A DNA stretch of 64,000 nt from contig CAKNPW010000005.1 of assembly GCA_930990555.1 (NCBI GenBank), positions 3,770 through 67,769 of the forward strand. Direction: 5' to 3'. The position numbers and the translations under genes are program-made. Below are positions 35,509 to 44,458 of this stretch, piece by piece. The stretch comes from an uncultured Clostridium sp. Lineage in GTDB: Bacteria; Bacillota; Clostridia; TANB77; CAG-508. The notes below the pieces were generated by a model. That model saw only the letters and a program-made list of their open reading frames with translations. It had not been told where the DNA came from and did no database searches. Numbering within the stretch: position 1 is the stretch's first letter; each line of letters starts with the position of its first letter.

Positions 35509-36696
35509 TCAAAATACTATTTTTTCATTAGTTCCTATATTTTCAAAGACTTCATATGTTACCTCTGCCTCCACCGCATTATCTTTTATCGTATAATTTA
35601 CCATTATGTTATTTATATTTTCTTTATTTGTTATTTTTTTATTTAATTTTTCTTCAGCTCTTCTTTTTGCTTCTTCTTTTGCCTCTTCTTCTGTATAGTT
35701 AACTTCATATTCTTTTATTTCAGAATTATTACATTCGATTAACTCTACGGGTATATAGAAATTTGAAAATAATTTTAATTTTTTAGTTGCATATATTGTA
35801 TCATATTTTTCAAAATTTGAAAGCCTTTTATACAAATTTATTCTAAAATTATTTATATTTATTGCATATTTTTTCTCCATATTTCCTGTTTTTTCCACTT
35901 TAGTTTCTTTAAAGTTTACAGTTGCTTTTTCCGTATACCATACCAATGCTTCTATTTCTCCTGTTGCTCTTACAAAACGGGTTCCTGTATATTTACCCTC
36001 CATCCACCCACCAATTAGCAAACTTCCCTCCTTTACGACATCTCCTGGTTTTACCATTGCAGTTCCAGTATTAGCATTTATTTTTACTATTTTGCCTTCT
36101 TTATTAGATACAATATTACAATATTCATCTTGTTCTATAATTTCTGGCTTTTCTTCTGCTTCTACAACTTCAACTATTGCATTTGTTCCCTTTAAATCTA
36201 TTCCTATCCAAGCTATATCACTTCTTGCTAATCTTATATTATTAATTATTTCTTTTACATCTATATCATTTTTATTTTCTCCTATATATAATCCATTTTC
36301 ATTTAATGAGTTTAATATCTCTTCCTCTTGTAAATTATCGCCTGTTATTTTTATTTCTATATTCCAAATAAATCTTGATAATATTAATAATGAAAGGAGA
36401 ATAAGAAACATCATTATAATAAAGACTTTTCTTTTCTTATATTTATGTAAAAAAAAGGGCACTCCTTTTTTTCGGTTAATGCCCACTTTACACTTTGTTT
36501 TTTTAGCTATCTTTTTTAATTTTTTAAAATCACTTATTCCAATATTGGCAGTCAAATATATATCATTCTTTTTTTCTATGTCCCATAAATATATTTTTTG
36601 GATTCTACACATATTTATAAATCTTTCTATAAAATAACCTTCCACATGTATATTTACAAAACCTGTAAAATAACCTTCCACTCTTTTTTTTATCAC
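35509..36696 (-). CDS. yqfD: Sporulation protein YqfD
   Basis: N-terminal GYFTGFVNIHVEGYFIERFINMC, one TM helix, and synteny after yqfC. Confidence 0.85.
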   Translation of the reverse strand: MIKKRVEGYFTGFVNIHVEGYFIERFINMCRIQKIYLWDIEKKNDIYLTANIGISDFKKLKKIAKKTKCKVGINRKKGVPFFLHKYKKRKVFIIMMFLILLSLLILSRFIWNIEIKITGDNLQEEEILNSLNENGLYIGENKNDIDVKEIINNIRLARSDIAWIGIDLKGTNAIVEVVEAEEKPEIIEQDEYCNIVSNKEGKIVKINANTGTAMVKPGDVVKEGSLLIGGWMEGKYTGTRFVRATGEIEALVWYTEKATVNFKETKVEKTGNMEKKYAININNFRINLYKRLSNFEKYDTIYATKKLKLFSNFYIPVELIECNNSEIKEYEVNYTEEEAKEEAKRRAEEKLNKKITNKENINNIMVNYTIKDNAVEAEVTYEVFENIGTNEKIVF

Positions 36697-36701
36697 CGTA
36701 T

Positions 36702-36989
36702 TTATTCCTCCTCGGTACTTTCAAGATATATTTTAGAAATTTCTCCACTTATAAGCACATCATTTTCATTTATTTGATTTAAATTCATTTTATTCCCTTC
36801 TATTATTATTATTCCAATAGCTGTATTAATTTTTACCAAATATTCTTCATATTCGATAACCCCCATATAATTTTCTATCATTAACTGACTAAATCCAATT
36901 AATGTTATTTTAGGCATATTAGTACTTACTTCTATTGGTATTTCCAACAATCTTTCCAATTTATTTCTCGTCTTTTTTATTTTTATCAC
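36702..36989 (-). CDS. yqfC: Sporulation protein YqfC
   Basis: 95 aa with PKITLIGFSQLMIENYMGVIEYEE, the typical YabP/YqfC fold sequence. Confidence 0.85.
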   Translation of the reverse strand: MIKIKKTRNKLERLLEIPIEVSTNMPKITLIGFSQLMIENYMGVIEYEEYLVKINTAIGIIIIEGNKMNLNQINENDVLISGEISKIYLESTEEE

Positions 36990-36991
36990 TC

Positions 36992-37801
36992 CTATCTTTC
37001 AAACTCATCAAGTGATTTAAATTCGTATCCTTCTGCTTTTGCCTCTTTTATAACACTATCTAATACATTTGCATTATCTTTTGAATTTCCATGTAATAGC
37101 ATTATTTCCCCATTATGTATATTATCTAATATAATCTTTTTAGCATATTCTGTTCCTTTTTGAGCATTCTCATCGTAATCTAAATATCCAAATGTCCACA
37201 TTACATTAGTATATCCAAGTTCTTTTGTTATAGCTAAAGTTCTTTCACTATATTCCCCTTTTGGCGGTCTTATGTATTTCATTTCGTAACCTGTTTTTTC
37301 ATATATTGATTGATGCAATTTCATAACCTCTTCTTTTATTTCTTCGTCTGAAATATCTGGAAGACTTTTATGATTCACTGTATGATTTCCTACTATATGT
37401 CCCTCGTTTATCATCCTTTTTACTAAATCTTCAGCTGTATTTAAATAATGTGCTGTAATAAAAAATGTAGCTTTTACATCATTTTCTTTCAATACATCTA
37501 AAATCTGTTCTGTATCCCCAGCCTCATATCCTTCATCAAAAGTTAAATATATATACTTTTTTTCTTCATTTCCTATATATATACCATCATATTTTTCCAT
37601 TAATTCAGCATTTTCTTTTCCTACATCTGGTCTTTTGTGATCTTTTTCTCGTTTTATACCCCAACCAATTTTTTTATTACTTAGACTGTCTACATTTGTA
37701 TACATAACCTTATTTTCTCGATAAATTGTAAAAACAAGCAAAAAAATTAAAATTATTCCACATATCGAAAAAAGTATTTTTTTGTCAAAAATTTTTATCA
37801 T
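36992..37801 (-). CDS. Polysaccharide deacetylase (PdaA-like delta-lactam de-N-acetylase)
   Basis: YLTFDEGYE, ATFFITAHY and GNHTVNH are NodB motifs. Confidence 0.85.
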   Translation of the reverse strand: MIKIFDKKILFSICGIILIFLLVFTIYRENKVMYTNVDSLSNKKIGWGIKREKDHKRPDVGKENAELMEKYDGIYIGNEEKKYIYLTFDEGYEAGDTEQILDVLKENDVKATFFITAHYLNTAEDLVKRMINEGHIVGNHTVNHKSLPDISDEEIKEEVMKLHQSIYEKTGYEMKYIRPPKGEYSERTLAITKELGYTNVMWTFGYLDYDENAQKGTEYAKKIILDNIHNGEIMLLHGNSKDNANVLDSVIKEAKAEGYEFKSLDEFER

Positions 37802-37829
37802 TTTGAACCTCCAATATTATTTTTTTATA

Positions 37830-37858
37830 TTGACATTATCAAATTTTTAGATTATATT
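37830..37858 (+). promoter_or_regulatory. Sigma-A type promoter of agrA-agrC
   Basis: TTGACA, 17 nt of spacer, TATATT. Confidence 0.45.
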
Positions 37859-37971
37859 GTATTTATTATTGGAAAAAATAGGTAATCGTCTAATTAGATA
37901 TTTTTTTGTCTATTATTGTTAATTCAATATTATTCTATATAATAAATATATATTATTTAGGAGATGAAGAT

Positions 37972-38727
37972 ATGTTAAATTTTGTTTTGTGTGACGATAA
38001 TAAAAACATTTTAGACAAATTATCACAGATGTTGGAAAATATTTTTATCCAGAATGATTACAATGCAAAAATTACTTATACTTGTGATAATGCAAATGAT
38101 TTATTTAACTATTTAAATAAAAATAACATTGATGTATTATTTCTTGATATAAATTTGAAAAATAAGTTAACTGGTTTGGATATTGCTGAACAAATTAGAG
38201 CTAAAAACAAAAATATATATATAATTTTTATAACAGGTCATTTAGAATATGCTCTGGTAGCTTATAAATACAAAACATTTGATTATATTCCAAAACCTTT
38301 TGTTTCTGAAAGACTTGAGTTAACTATATCTAGATTATTTGAAGACATCAAATCAAGTGTATCAAATTTTATTAAAGTCGGTAATTCCCAAATGTTAATT
38401 AGAGAAAATGATGTACTTTATATTAAAAAAGATAATATGAAGCTGACTTATCATACGCAATTCCAAGATTATTCATCTTACATTGCTTTTAATAAAATAG
38501 AAAAAACTTTACCTAGAAATTTTGTAAGATGTCATAAGTCTTATATAGTTAACATTGATTGTATTAATACTATAGATAATATAAAAAATTGTATATATCT
38601 TTCTAATAATGACGTTTGTCCTATTGGACCTAAATATAAAAACAATTTACTGGAGGTTATAAATAACTATGAATACACTACAAATGATAATGAATATTTT
38701 AATGAATCCCAATGCAGAGCTAATTAA
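37972..38727 (+). CDS. agrA: LytTR-family response regulator (AgrA-like)
   Basis: Receiver domain (VLCDDN, LFLDINL) plus a C-terminal LytTR domain (FVRCHKSYIVNIDCI). The start at 37972 follows AGGAGATG. Confidence 0.88.
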   Translation: MLNFVLCDDNKNILDKLSQMLENIFIQNDYNAKITYTCDNANDLFNYLNKNNIDVLFLDINLKNKLTGLDIAEQIRAKNKNIYIIFITGHLEYALVAYKYKTFDYIPKPFVSERLELTISRLFEDIKSSVSNFIKVGNSQMLIRENDVLYIKKDNMKLTYHTQFQDYSSYIAFNKIEKTLPRNFVRCHKSYIVNIDCINTIDNIKNCIYLSNNDVCPIGPKYKNNLLEVINNYEYTTNDNEYFNESQCRAN

Positions 38728-40040
38728 TATAATTACGTTAATTTTCTTTCTTGTTGAGGTATTTATTTATGTAAATATTTTTACAGTACTTTTAAATATT
38801 CACCCTTCAAAAAAAATTAAATATTCATATACAGTCCTATTATTCGTTGTTGCTTCAATCGCTAAATATATCATCCCCGTTCCATACAATACAATTTTTA
38901 ATATTTTAGTTTTTATTTTATTATCTTTAATATTTTTTAAAACTAAATTATTAGACACTTGTATTGCTTTAGGAATATTCTTTTCATTAACTGCTTTATT
39001 TGAAATGATTTCATCACAAATATATACCTTAATATTTAATAAACCTTATGCTGAATTTGCATCATATCCATTATATTCAATTATATTTCTATTAATTGTA
39101 TATACATGTTTGTTTATTATGCTACAATTTTTTAAACATTTTAAAGTAAACATTACTTTGCTTACCAATTTGAATAAAAAAGACTCTATTTCAATATTAA
39201 GTACTGTAATTTTAGGTTTTATTACTGTATTTTTGCAATTATATATAACTGCTTTTTATAATAATATCTTGCCATCATTTATTATTTTATTAAGTATTAT
39301 ATGTTTATTGGCATATTTCTTTGTCAGTTTATTCAATATAATAAAAACTAAGCAGTTAGAAATAGCGAATAGAGACATAAATAATCTACAATTATATAAT
39401 AACACATTAAAAATAATGTATGATAATATTCGTGCATTTAAACATGACTTTAATAATATTATGAATGGTATTGGTCGGATATGTAACAGCAAAAGATATG
39501 GATGGATTAACCAAATATTACAAATCTTTATTTAATGATTGTAATAATATTAATAATTTAGCAGCTATAAATCCAGAAACTATTAATAATCCTTCAATAT
39601 ATGCAATTTTAGCAGATAAATATAATAAAGCAACTACTAAAAATATTCAGTTAGAACTTGGAGTTTTTATAGATTTAAATTCTCTTCATATTGATACATA
39701 TGAGCTTACTAGGATATTAGGAATATTGCTAGATAATAGCATAGAAGCTGCACAGGAATGTGATAAAAAATATATTAGTATAAGATTTTTAATGGACTAT
39801 AGAATGAATAGACAACTTGTAATTATAGAAAACACCTATAAAAATAAAGATATTGATACATTTAAAATTTATGAAAAGGCATATACTACTAAACCTAATA
39901 ATACAGGATTAGGTTTGTGGGAAGTAAATAAAATTTTAAAGAAACATGATAATCTTGCAATTTTCACAAGCAAAGATGATGAATTATTTAAACAACAATT
40001 AGAAATATATCTTCCTAAACCAAGCTTATTAAAAATTTAA
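38669..40040 (+). pseudogene. agrC: AgrC-like (HPK10) sensor histidine kinase split by a 1-nt frameshift just after the H-box
   Basis: ORF 38669-39535 encodes ~6 TM helices plus FKHDFNNIMNGIG. ORF 39465-40040 continues GYVTAKDMDGLTKYY ... NTGLGLWEV (GHKL ATPase). Removing the c at 39476 restores a single frame. Confidence 0.75.
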
Positions 40041-40104
40041 TAGGTAAAAAAAATACCTAAATAAATAGGTATTTTTTTTGTCGTTTTAATTAGGTTGATC
40101 GTTA

Positions 40105-40224
40105 CTAGTCTTTTTTAATCATACTAGCAGGCATTTTTGGTTGATGAATAATTCCAAAAAGTAAACATGCTGTGTTAGATGATTTAGCATATTTTTCTGC
40201 TAATCTTGCTAAGAATTTTAACAT
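40105..40224 (-). CDS. agrD: AgrD autoinducing-peptide precursor (39 aa), absent from the ORF track
   Basis: RBS AAAAGGGGGG lies 7 nt before the ATG at 40224. The translation is MLKFLARLAEKYAKSSNTACLLFGIIHQPKMPASMIKKD. It lies immediately downstream of agrB, with a Cys-containing core and a conserved Pro in the tail. Confidence 0.75.
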   Translation of the reverse strand: MLKFLARLAEKYAKSSNTACLLFGIIHQPKMPASMIKKD

Positions 40225-40273
40225 ATTAATCCCCCCTTTTTAATTTATATAGCAAGAGGTCTTACCTCTATTA

Positions 40274-40879
40274 CTACCCATATACTTCATAACCATATTT
40301 ATTTTTGGTAATTTTATATGCTAATTTCGTAATTGTTAGTGTTTGTACTAATATTCCTATAATTATCATATTAGAAATTACTTTATATGGAATAAATATT
40401 GCAATTACTAATTCCATACCAGCAATTACAAATGCCCATATCTTACGCTTTCTTCTTTCTTTCTTTTGCAATACAGGAACATTTTCTGTATCTGCTGGTG
40501 CATATTTTGCAATCATTGAAAAACTAAATATAAATGTAATTGCTATTAATATATATTTAATAGTGTTATCAAAATTCAATATACTTGCTAAATATGCACT
40601 TCCTATATACATCGTGTTTGTTGCTATAATACATCCCAGATGTGTATGTAAGTGAAACCCTCCCGAAAACATTCTGTATGGAAGAATTATAATAAAAGAA
40701 ATTATAGTTAGGTCAATAATATCAAGCAACCATGCTAATATAAATGTAATCAAAAATTTAGGTATTTCCCCTATTATCAATTGCAAGCCAAAATTAATTT
40801 CATCAGCTTTACTTTCATCATAGCCATCTACAGATTTAATTATTTTCTTTGTTAATGAATTACAAATTGCTTCTATCAC
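40274..40879 (-). CDS. agrB: AgrB accessory gene regulator (AgrD-processing membrane peptidase)
   Basis: 201 aa. IPKFLITFILAWLL...ILPYRMFSGGFHLHTHLGC is typical AgrB. GTG start after GAGGA. Confidence 0.88.
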   Translation of the reverse strand: MIEAICNSLTKKIIKSVDGYDESKADEINFGLQLIIGEIPKFLITFILAWLLDIIDLTIISFIIILPYRMFSGGFHLHTHLGCIIATNTMYIGSAYLASILNFDNTIKYILIAITFIFSFSMIAKYAPADTENVPVLQKKERRKRKIWAFVIAGMELVIAIFIPYKVISNMIIIGILVQTLTITKLAYKITKNKYGYEVYG

Positions 40880-40948
40880 ATTTATTCCTCATTTCTTTTA
40901 TTTACTGTACTAATTATAAATTTCTTAAAAAAAATTATTCATTTTAAT

Positions 40949-40978
40949 TTGTAAAAACTCTTTTTACTATTGTAAAAA
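40949..40978 (-). promoter_or_regulatory. Candidate LytTR (AgrA) binding site: a 9-bp direct repeat with a 21-bp period upstream of agrB
   Basis: TTGTAAAAA occurs at 40949-40957 and again at 40970-40978 (plus-strand reading). A TATAAT -10 element on the minus strand at 40918-40913 lies about 30 bp downstream, and the -35 is poor. Confidence 0.4.
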
Positions 40979-41071
40979 AATTCTTAATTATTTTTACATA
41001 CATAAAGCTTTTTTTCACCAATAGTACAATAGTTTAATATTTATAATTTTTATTGTTCTTTCATAATTACA

Positions 41072-41111
41072 TAAAAAAAACACCTTTATTGTTAACTAAC
41101 AATTTAGGTGT
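41072..41111 (-). terminator. Intrinsic terminator of the pseudouridine synthase gene
   Basis: The minus strand reads ACACCT...AGGTGT followed by TTTTTTTT. Confidence 0.7.
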
Positions 41112-41122
41112 ATTTTTTATAT

Positions 41123-41803
41123 TTAAATATCTACATCTTTTAAAATATTCCATACTCCTTTTGGATCAGGTAAATATCTAAACTCTAATTCTTCTTTTGT
41201 CGTTGGGTGATAAAATTTTAATTTATATGACCACAATGCTAATTGTTTGCTTCTACTTCTAGTTCCATATTTAGTATCACCACAAAGTGAATGCCCCCTG
41301 CTAGAAAATTGAACCCTTATCTGATGATGCCTTCCCGTTTTTAAATCTATTTTTACTAAACTCATATGTGTAACTTCATCATATTTTATAACTTCATATT
41401 CCAATTCCGAAAATTTAGCATTTTTAATATTTTTATTTGTAACAAAAGATTTGTTTTTTCTTTCATCCTTTACTAAATAATCTTTCATAACTCCTTTTGA
41501 ATTTTCTATTTTTCCTTTTACTACAGCAATATAATTTTTCTTAACTTGTTTATTTCTAACTTGTTCACTTAATCTTGATGCAGCTTTAGATGTTTTAGCA
41601 AATACCATAACTCCACCAACGGATCTATCCAACCTATGTACTAGTCCTAAATAAACATTTCCAGGCTTATTATATTTTTCTTTTAAATAAGCTTTTATAA
41701 GTGTAAGCATATCTTCATCTTTTGTTTTATCTGCTTGAGATGGAATCCCAGGTTCTTTAACAACTACGATAATATGATTATCTTCATATAATATATTAAG
41801 CAT
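41123..41803 (-). CDS. RluA-family pseudouridine synthase
   Basis: HRLDRSVGGVMVFAKT catalytic motif. I prefer the start MLNILYEDNHIIVV at 41803, where ATGCTTAA overlaps the upstream stop codon. Confidence 0.85.
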   Translation of the reverse strand: MLNILYEDNHIIVVVKEPGIPSQADKTKDEDMLTLIKAYLKEKYNKPGNVYLGLVHRLDRSVGGVMVFAKTSKAASRLSEQVRNKQVKKNYIAVVKGKIENSKGVMKDYLVKDERKNKSFVTNKNIKNAKFSELEYEVIKYDEVTHMSLVKIDLKTGRHHQIRVQFSSRGHSLCGDTKYGTRSRSKQLALWSYKLKFYHPTTKEELEFRYLPDPKGVWNILKDVDI

Positions 41804-42662
41804 TAGCTTCCTCCCATCTACCATATATTCCGCAAGGAAGCACAAGCTTAGAATCTGTCATTGGTAATCCTATTTCTCCTGATTCAAATTTTCCATTATT
41901 TTTTATATTAAGTCTTAATATATTTTCTAATACTTTAGCCGAAATACCTGTAGTATACGAATTTATTAAGAAAAATAAAGGTTTATCAGAAAGCACTTTA
42001 GTACATAAATTTACTAAATCAGCTATATCTTCTTCAAAACGCCAAACTTCTCCTTTTGTTCCCCTTCCATATGATGGTGGATCCATTATAATGGCATCAT
42101 ACTTATTACCTCTTCTGATTTCTCTATTTACGAATTTTTCTACATCATCTACAATATAACGAACTGGCTTTTCTTTTAGTCCAGATGCATTAACATTTTC
42201 TTTTGACCAGCTTACCATTCCTTTAGAACTATCTACATGACATACAGATGCCCCTGCTGAAAGGCATGCAACAGTAGCTCCCCCTGTATAAGCAAATAAA
42301 TTTAATACTTTAATACTTCTTTTGCTATTTTTTATTTTATTGATCATCCAATCCCAATTAACAGCTTGTTCTGGAAAAAGGCCTGTATGTTTAAACCCCA
42401 TTGGTTTAATATTAAATGTTAAATTTTTATATTTTATTTTCCAACTTTCTGGAACTTTTTTTCTGAAATTCCAACTTCCTCCACCTGTCTTACTTCTATT
42501 ATATATTCCATGTACATTTTTCCATTTTTCTTTAAATGATTTTTCTGCCCATATTATTTGTGGGTCAGGTCTTACTAAAAATATATCTCCCCATCTTTCT
42601 AATTTTTCTCCATTTGCCATATCTAATATTTCATAATCTTTCCAATCGTTTGCTACTTTCAT
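41796..42662 (-). CDS. Class I SAM-dependent (rRNA) methyltransferase
   Basis: NLFAYTGGATVA (motif I) and IIMDPPSYGRG (motif IV). Confidence 0.8.
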   Translation of the reverse strand: MKVANDWKDYEILDMANGEKLERWGDIFLVRPDPQIIWAEKSFKEKWKNVHGIYNRSKTGGGSWNFRKKVPESWKIKYKNLTFNIKPMGFKHTGLFPEQAVNWDWMINKIKNSKRSIKVLNLFAYTGGATVACLSAGASVCHVDSSKGMVSWSKENVNASGLKEKPVRYIVDDVEKFVNREIRRGNKYDAIIMDPPSYGRGTKGEVWRFEEDIADLVNLCTKVLSDKPLFFLINSYTTGISAKVLENILRLNIKNNGKFESGEIGLPMTDSKLVLPCGIYGRWEEANA

Positions 42663-42675
42663 ATTACATCTCCAC

Positions 42676-42843
42676 TTATAAATTTGATAATATTTTAAAA
42701 AAATTATATATAGCTATAATATTTGCTATGCAAAATATCCCTCCTATAGAAAATAATAGTCCTATAATATTATTATTGCTAATTTTTTTAGGCTTTTCTT
42801 TACTATATTCTATAGTAAATATTTCATCTTTTGCATATTCCAT
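42676..42843 (-). CDS. Small single-TM protein (55 aa), absent from the ORF track
   Basis: RBS AAGGGGTGG lies before the ATG at 42843. The translation is MEYAKDEIFTIEYSKEKPKKISNNNIIGLLFSIGGIFCIANIIAIYNFFKILSNL. It ends 13 nt before the methyltransferase start. Confidence 0.45.
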   Translation of the reverse strand: MEYAKDEIFTIEYSKEKPKKISNNNIIGLLFSIGGIFCIANIIAIYNFFKILSNL

Positions 42844-42975
42844 GTTATCCACCCCTTTATAATATTTATATGTAGAAACACCTAGAATATGCCTTTGTTA
42901 CGCTATATTTTACCATAACTATTATTCCTTTTTCAATATAATAGTATAAAACCTTACTTTTTACACTATAAAAAC

Positions 42976-43018
42976 AAAAAATATACATTAAATTTATTTT
43001 ATTTAATGTATATTTTTT
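42976..43018 (-). terminator. Intrinsic terminator downstream of greA (symmetric, bidirectional)
   Basis: AAAAAATATACATTAAAT, loop, ATTTAATGTATATTTTTT. Confidence 0.75.
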
Positions 43019-43022
43019 ATTA

Positions 43023-43508
43023 TTAAGACTTCGCTATAGATAAAACTTTATACTTACATACACCTGCTGGTACTTGAACTTCTACTATTTGATTTTTCTT
43101 TGCTCCTAATAAAGCTGAACCGATTGGAGATTCATTTGAAATTTTATTTTGTGTAATATCTGCTTCTGTTGTTCCGACTATTGTATATTCTACTTCTTCG
43201 TCAAATTCCATGTCTAGAACTTTTACTGTATTTCCTATTTGTACTTTTTTAGTATCAATTTCTGAATCATCTATAATTTTAGCAAACCTCAATTTGGCTT
43301 CTAATTCTGCTATTTTATCTTCGTTTGCAGCTTGGGCTGTTTTGGCTTCATCATATTCTGAATTTTCTGAAAGGTCACCAAATCCTAAAGCTACTTTTAT
43401 TCTTTCGGCTATTTCTGCTCTAGTCTCAGTTTTTAACTTTTCAAGTTCAGCTTCCATTTTTTTATATCCTTCTTCGGTTAGTAGAATTTCTTTGTTGTTG
43501 TCACCCAT
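43023..43508 (-). CDS. greA: Transcription elongation factor GreA
   Basis: [17 protein letters not shown]...[12 protein letters not shown] is the GreA coiled coil, followed by the C-terminal domain. Confidence 0.93.
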   Translation of the reverse strand: MGDNNKEILLTEEGYKKMEAELEKLKTETRAEIAERIKVALGFGDLSENSEYDEAKTAQAANEDKIAELEAKLRFAKIIDDSEIDTKKVQIGNTVKVLDMEFDEEVEYTIVGTTEADITQNKISNESPIGSALLGAKKNQIVEVQVPAGVCKYKVLSIAKS

Positions 43509-43592
43509 TCTGTCATCCCTCCTGAATAATTTTATTACTGCATTATATTAAGTCAATATTTTTCTTTTGTCAAGTACTGTTTTTTATTTTTT

Positions 43593-44417
43593 TTATTTAT
43601 ATTCATTAATATCTATAATCCCTCTTTTCCCTATAAAATTACTAATTTTTACATCATCTGCAAGTATTTTTCTTCTAATATCTTCTTTTTTCTTTCCTAT
43701 AATATATGATTCATATATTTCATTTGTCTCAAACTCGTCATAGGTTTTTCCAATATTTAATTCATAGTTATTTATATTTATATTTATACCTGCAAATGTT
43801 TTATTTATTTTTTTTATATCATTCTCTATATTTATTAAAATAGCTTTTCTATTTATTCTATATTTCTTTAATTGTTCTTCTGTAAAATCAATATTTAATA
43901 TAATCTTCTTATTAGCCAAACTTTTATTCTTATTATTCATTACAGGCACTGTAATTGCTTCTTCTTTATATAATTTATCTGCAAAAGATTTAAATTTTCT
44001 TATATTATTAGTAATAATATTTATTATTTTCATATTAGATATTAACTCATTTATATAATATAGATTTATTTGCGAATAATCATTTACCAATATTGTTATT
44101 TCTATATCCTCTTTATTAGTTCCCAATATTTCTGATAAATATTCTATAATCTCTGGTATTAAATGTTTAAACAGAATTTTCCCATCTAATATGTTAATAT
44201 TACTAGCATATATATTATTTGCAAACTCGATATTATGCTTGTCTTTTTTTGCCATTACTACATTCTTTATATTATCTTTTTTTAATCTTTCTAATAATTT
44301 TCCATTAAATTTTGGAGCAATATATTTTTTACCATTTTCATATTCATCAACTTCTAATTTATTAAAAATCTTTTTAAAGAAATTCGTTTCTTGTTTAGAT
44401 ATAATATAACCAATCAT
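43593..44417 (-). CDS. Hypothetical protein (274 aa)
   Basis: Long N/I/K-rich ORF. I recognise no motif. Confidence 0.6.
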   Translation of the reverse strand: MIGYIISKQETNFFKKIFNKLEVDEYENGKKYIAPKFNGKLLERLKKDNIKNVVMAKKDKHNIEFANNIYASNINILDGKILFKHLIPEIIEYLSEILGTNKEDIEITILVNDYSQINLYYINELISNMKIINIITNNIRKFKSFADKLYKEEAITVPVMNNKNKSLANKKIILNIDFTEEQLKKYRINRKAILINIENDIKKINKTFAGINININNYELNIGKTYDEFETNEIYESYIIGKKKEDIRRKILADDVKISNFIGKRGIIDINEYK

Positions 44418-44458
44418 AAAATCACCTTACTCATTTATATGAATAAGGTGATTTTATA

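Noticed and set aside
39256-39492. A 78-aa minus-strand ORF inside the agrC-like gene.
   Set aside because: It lies antisense to the kinase membrane domain and has no independent support.
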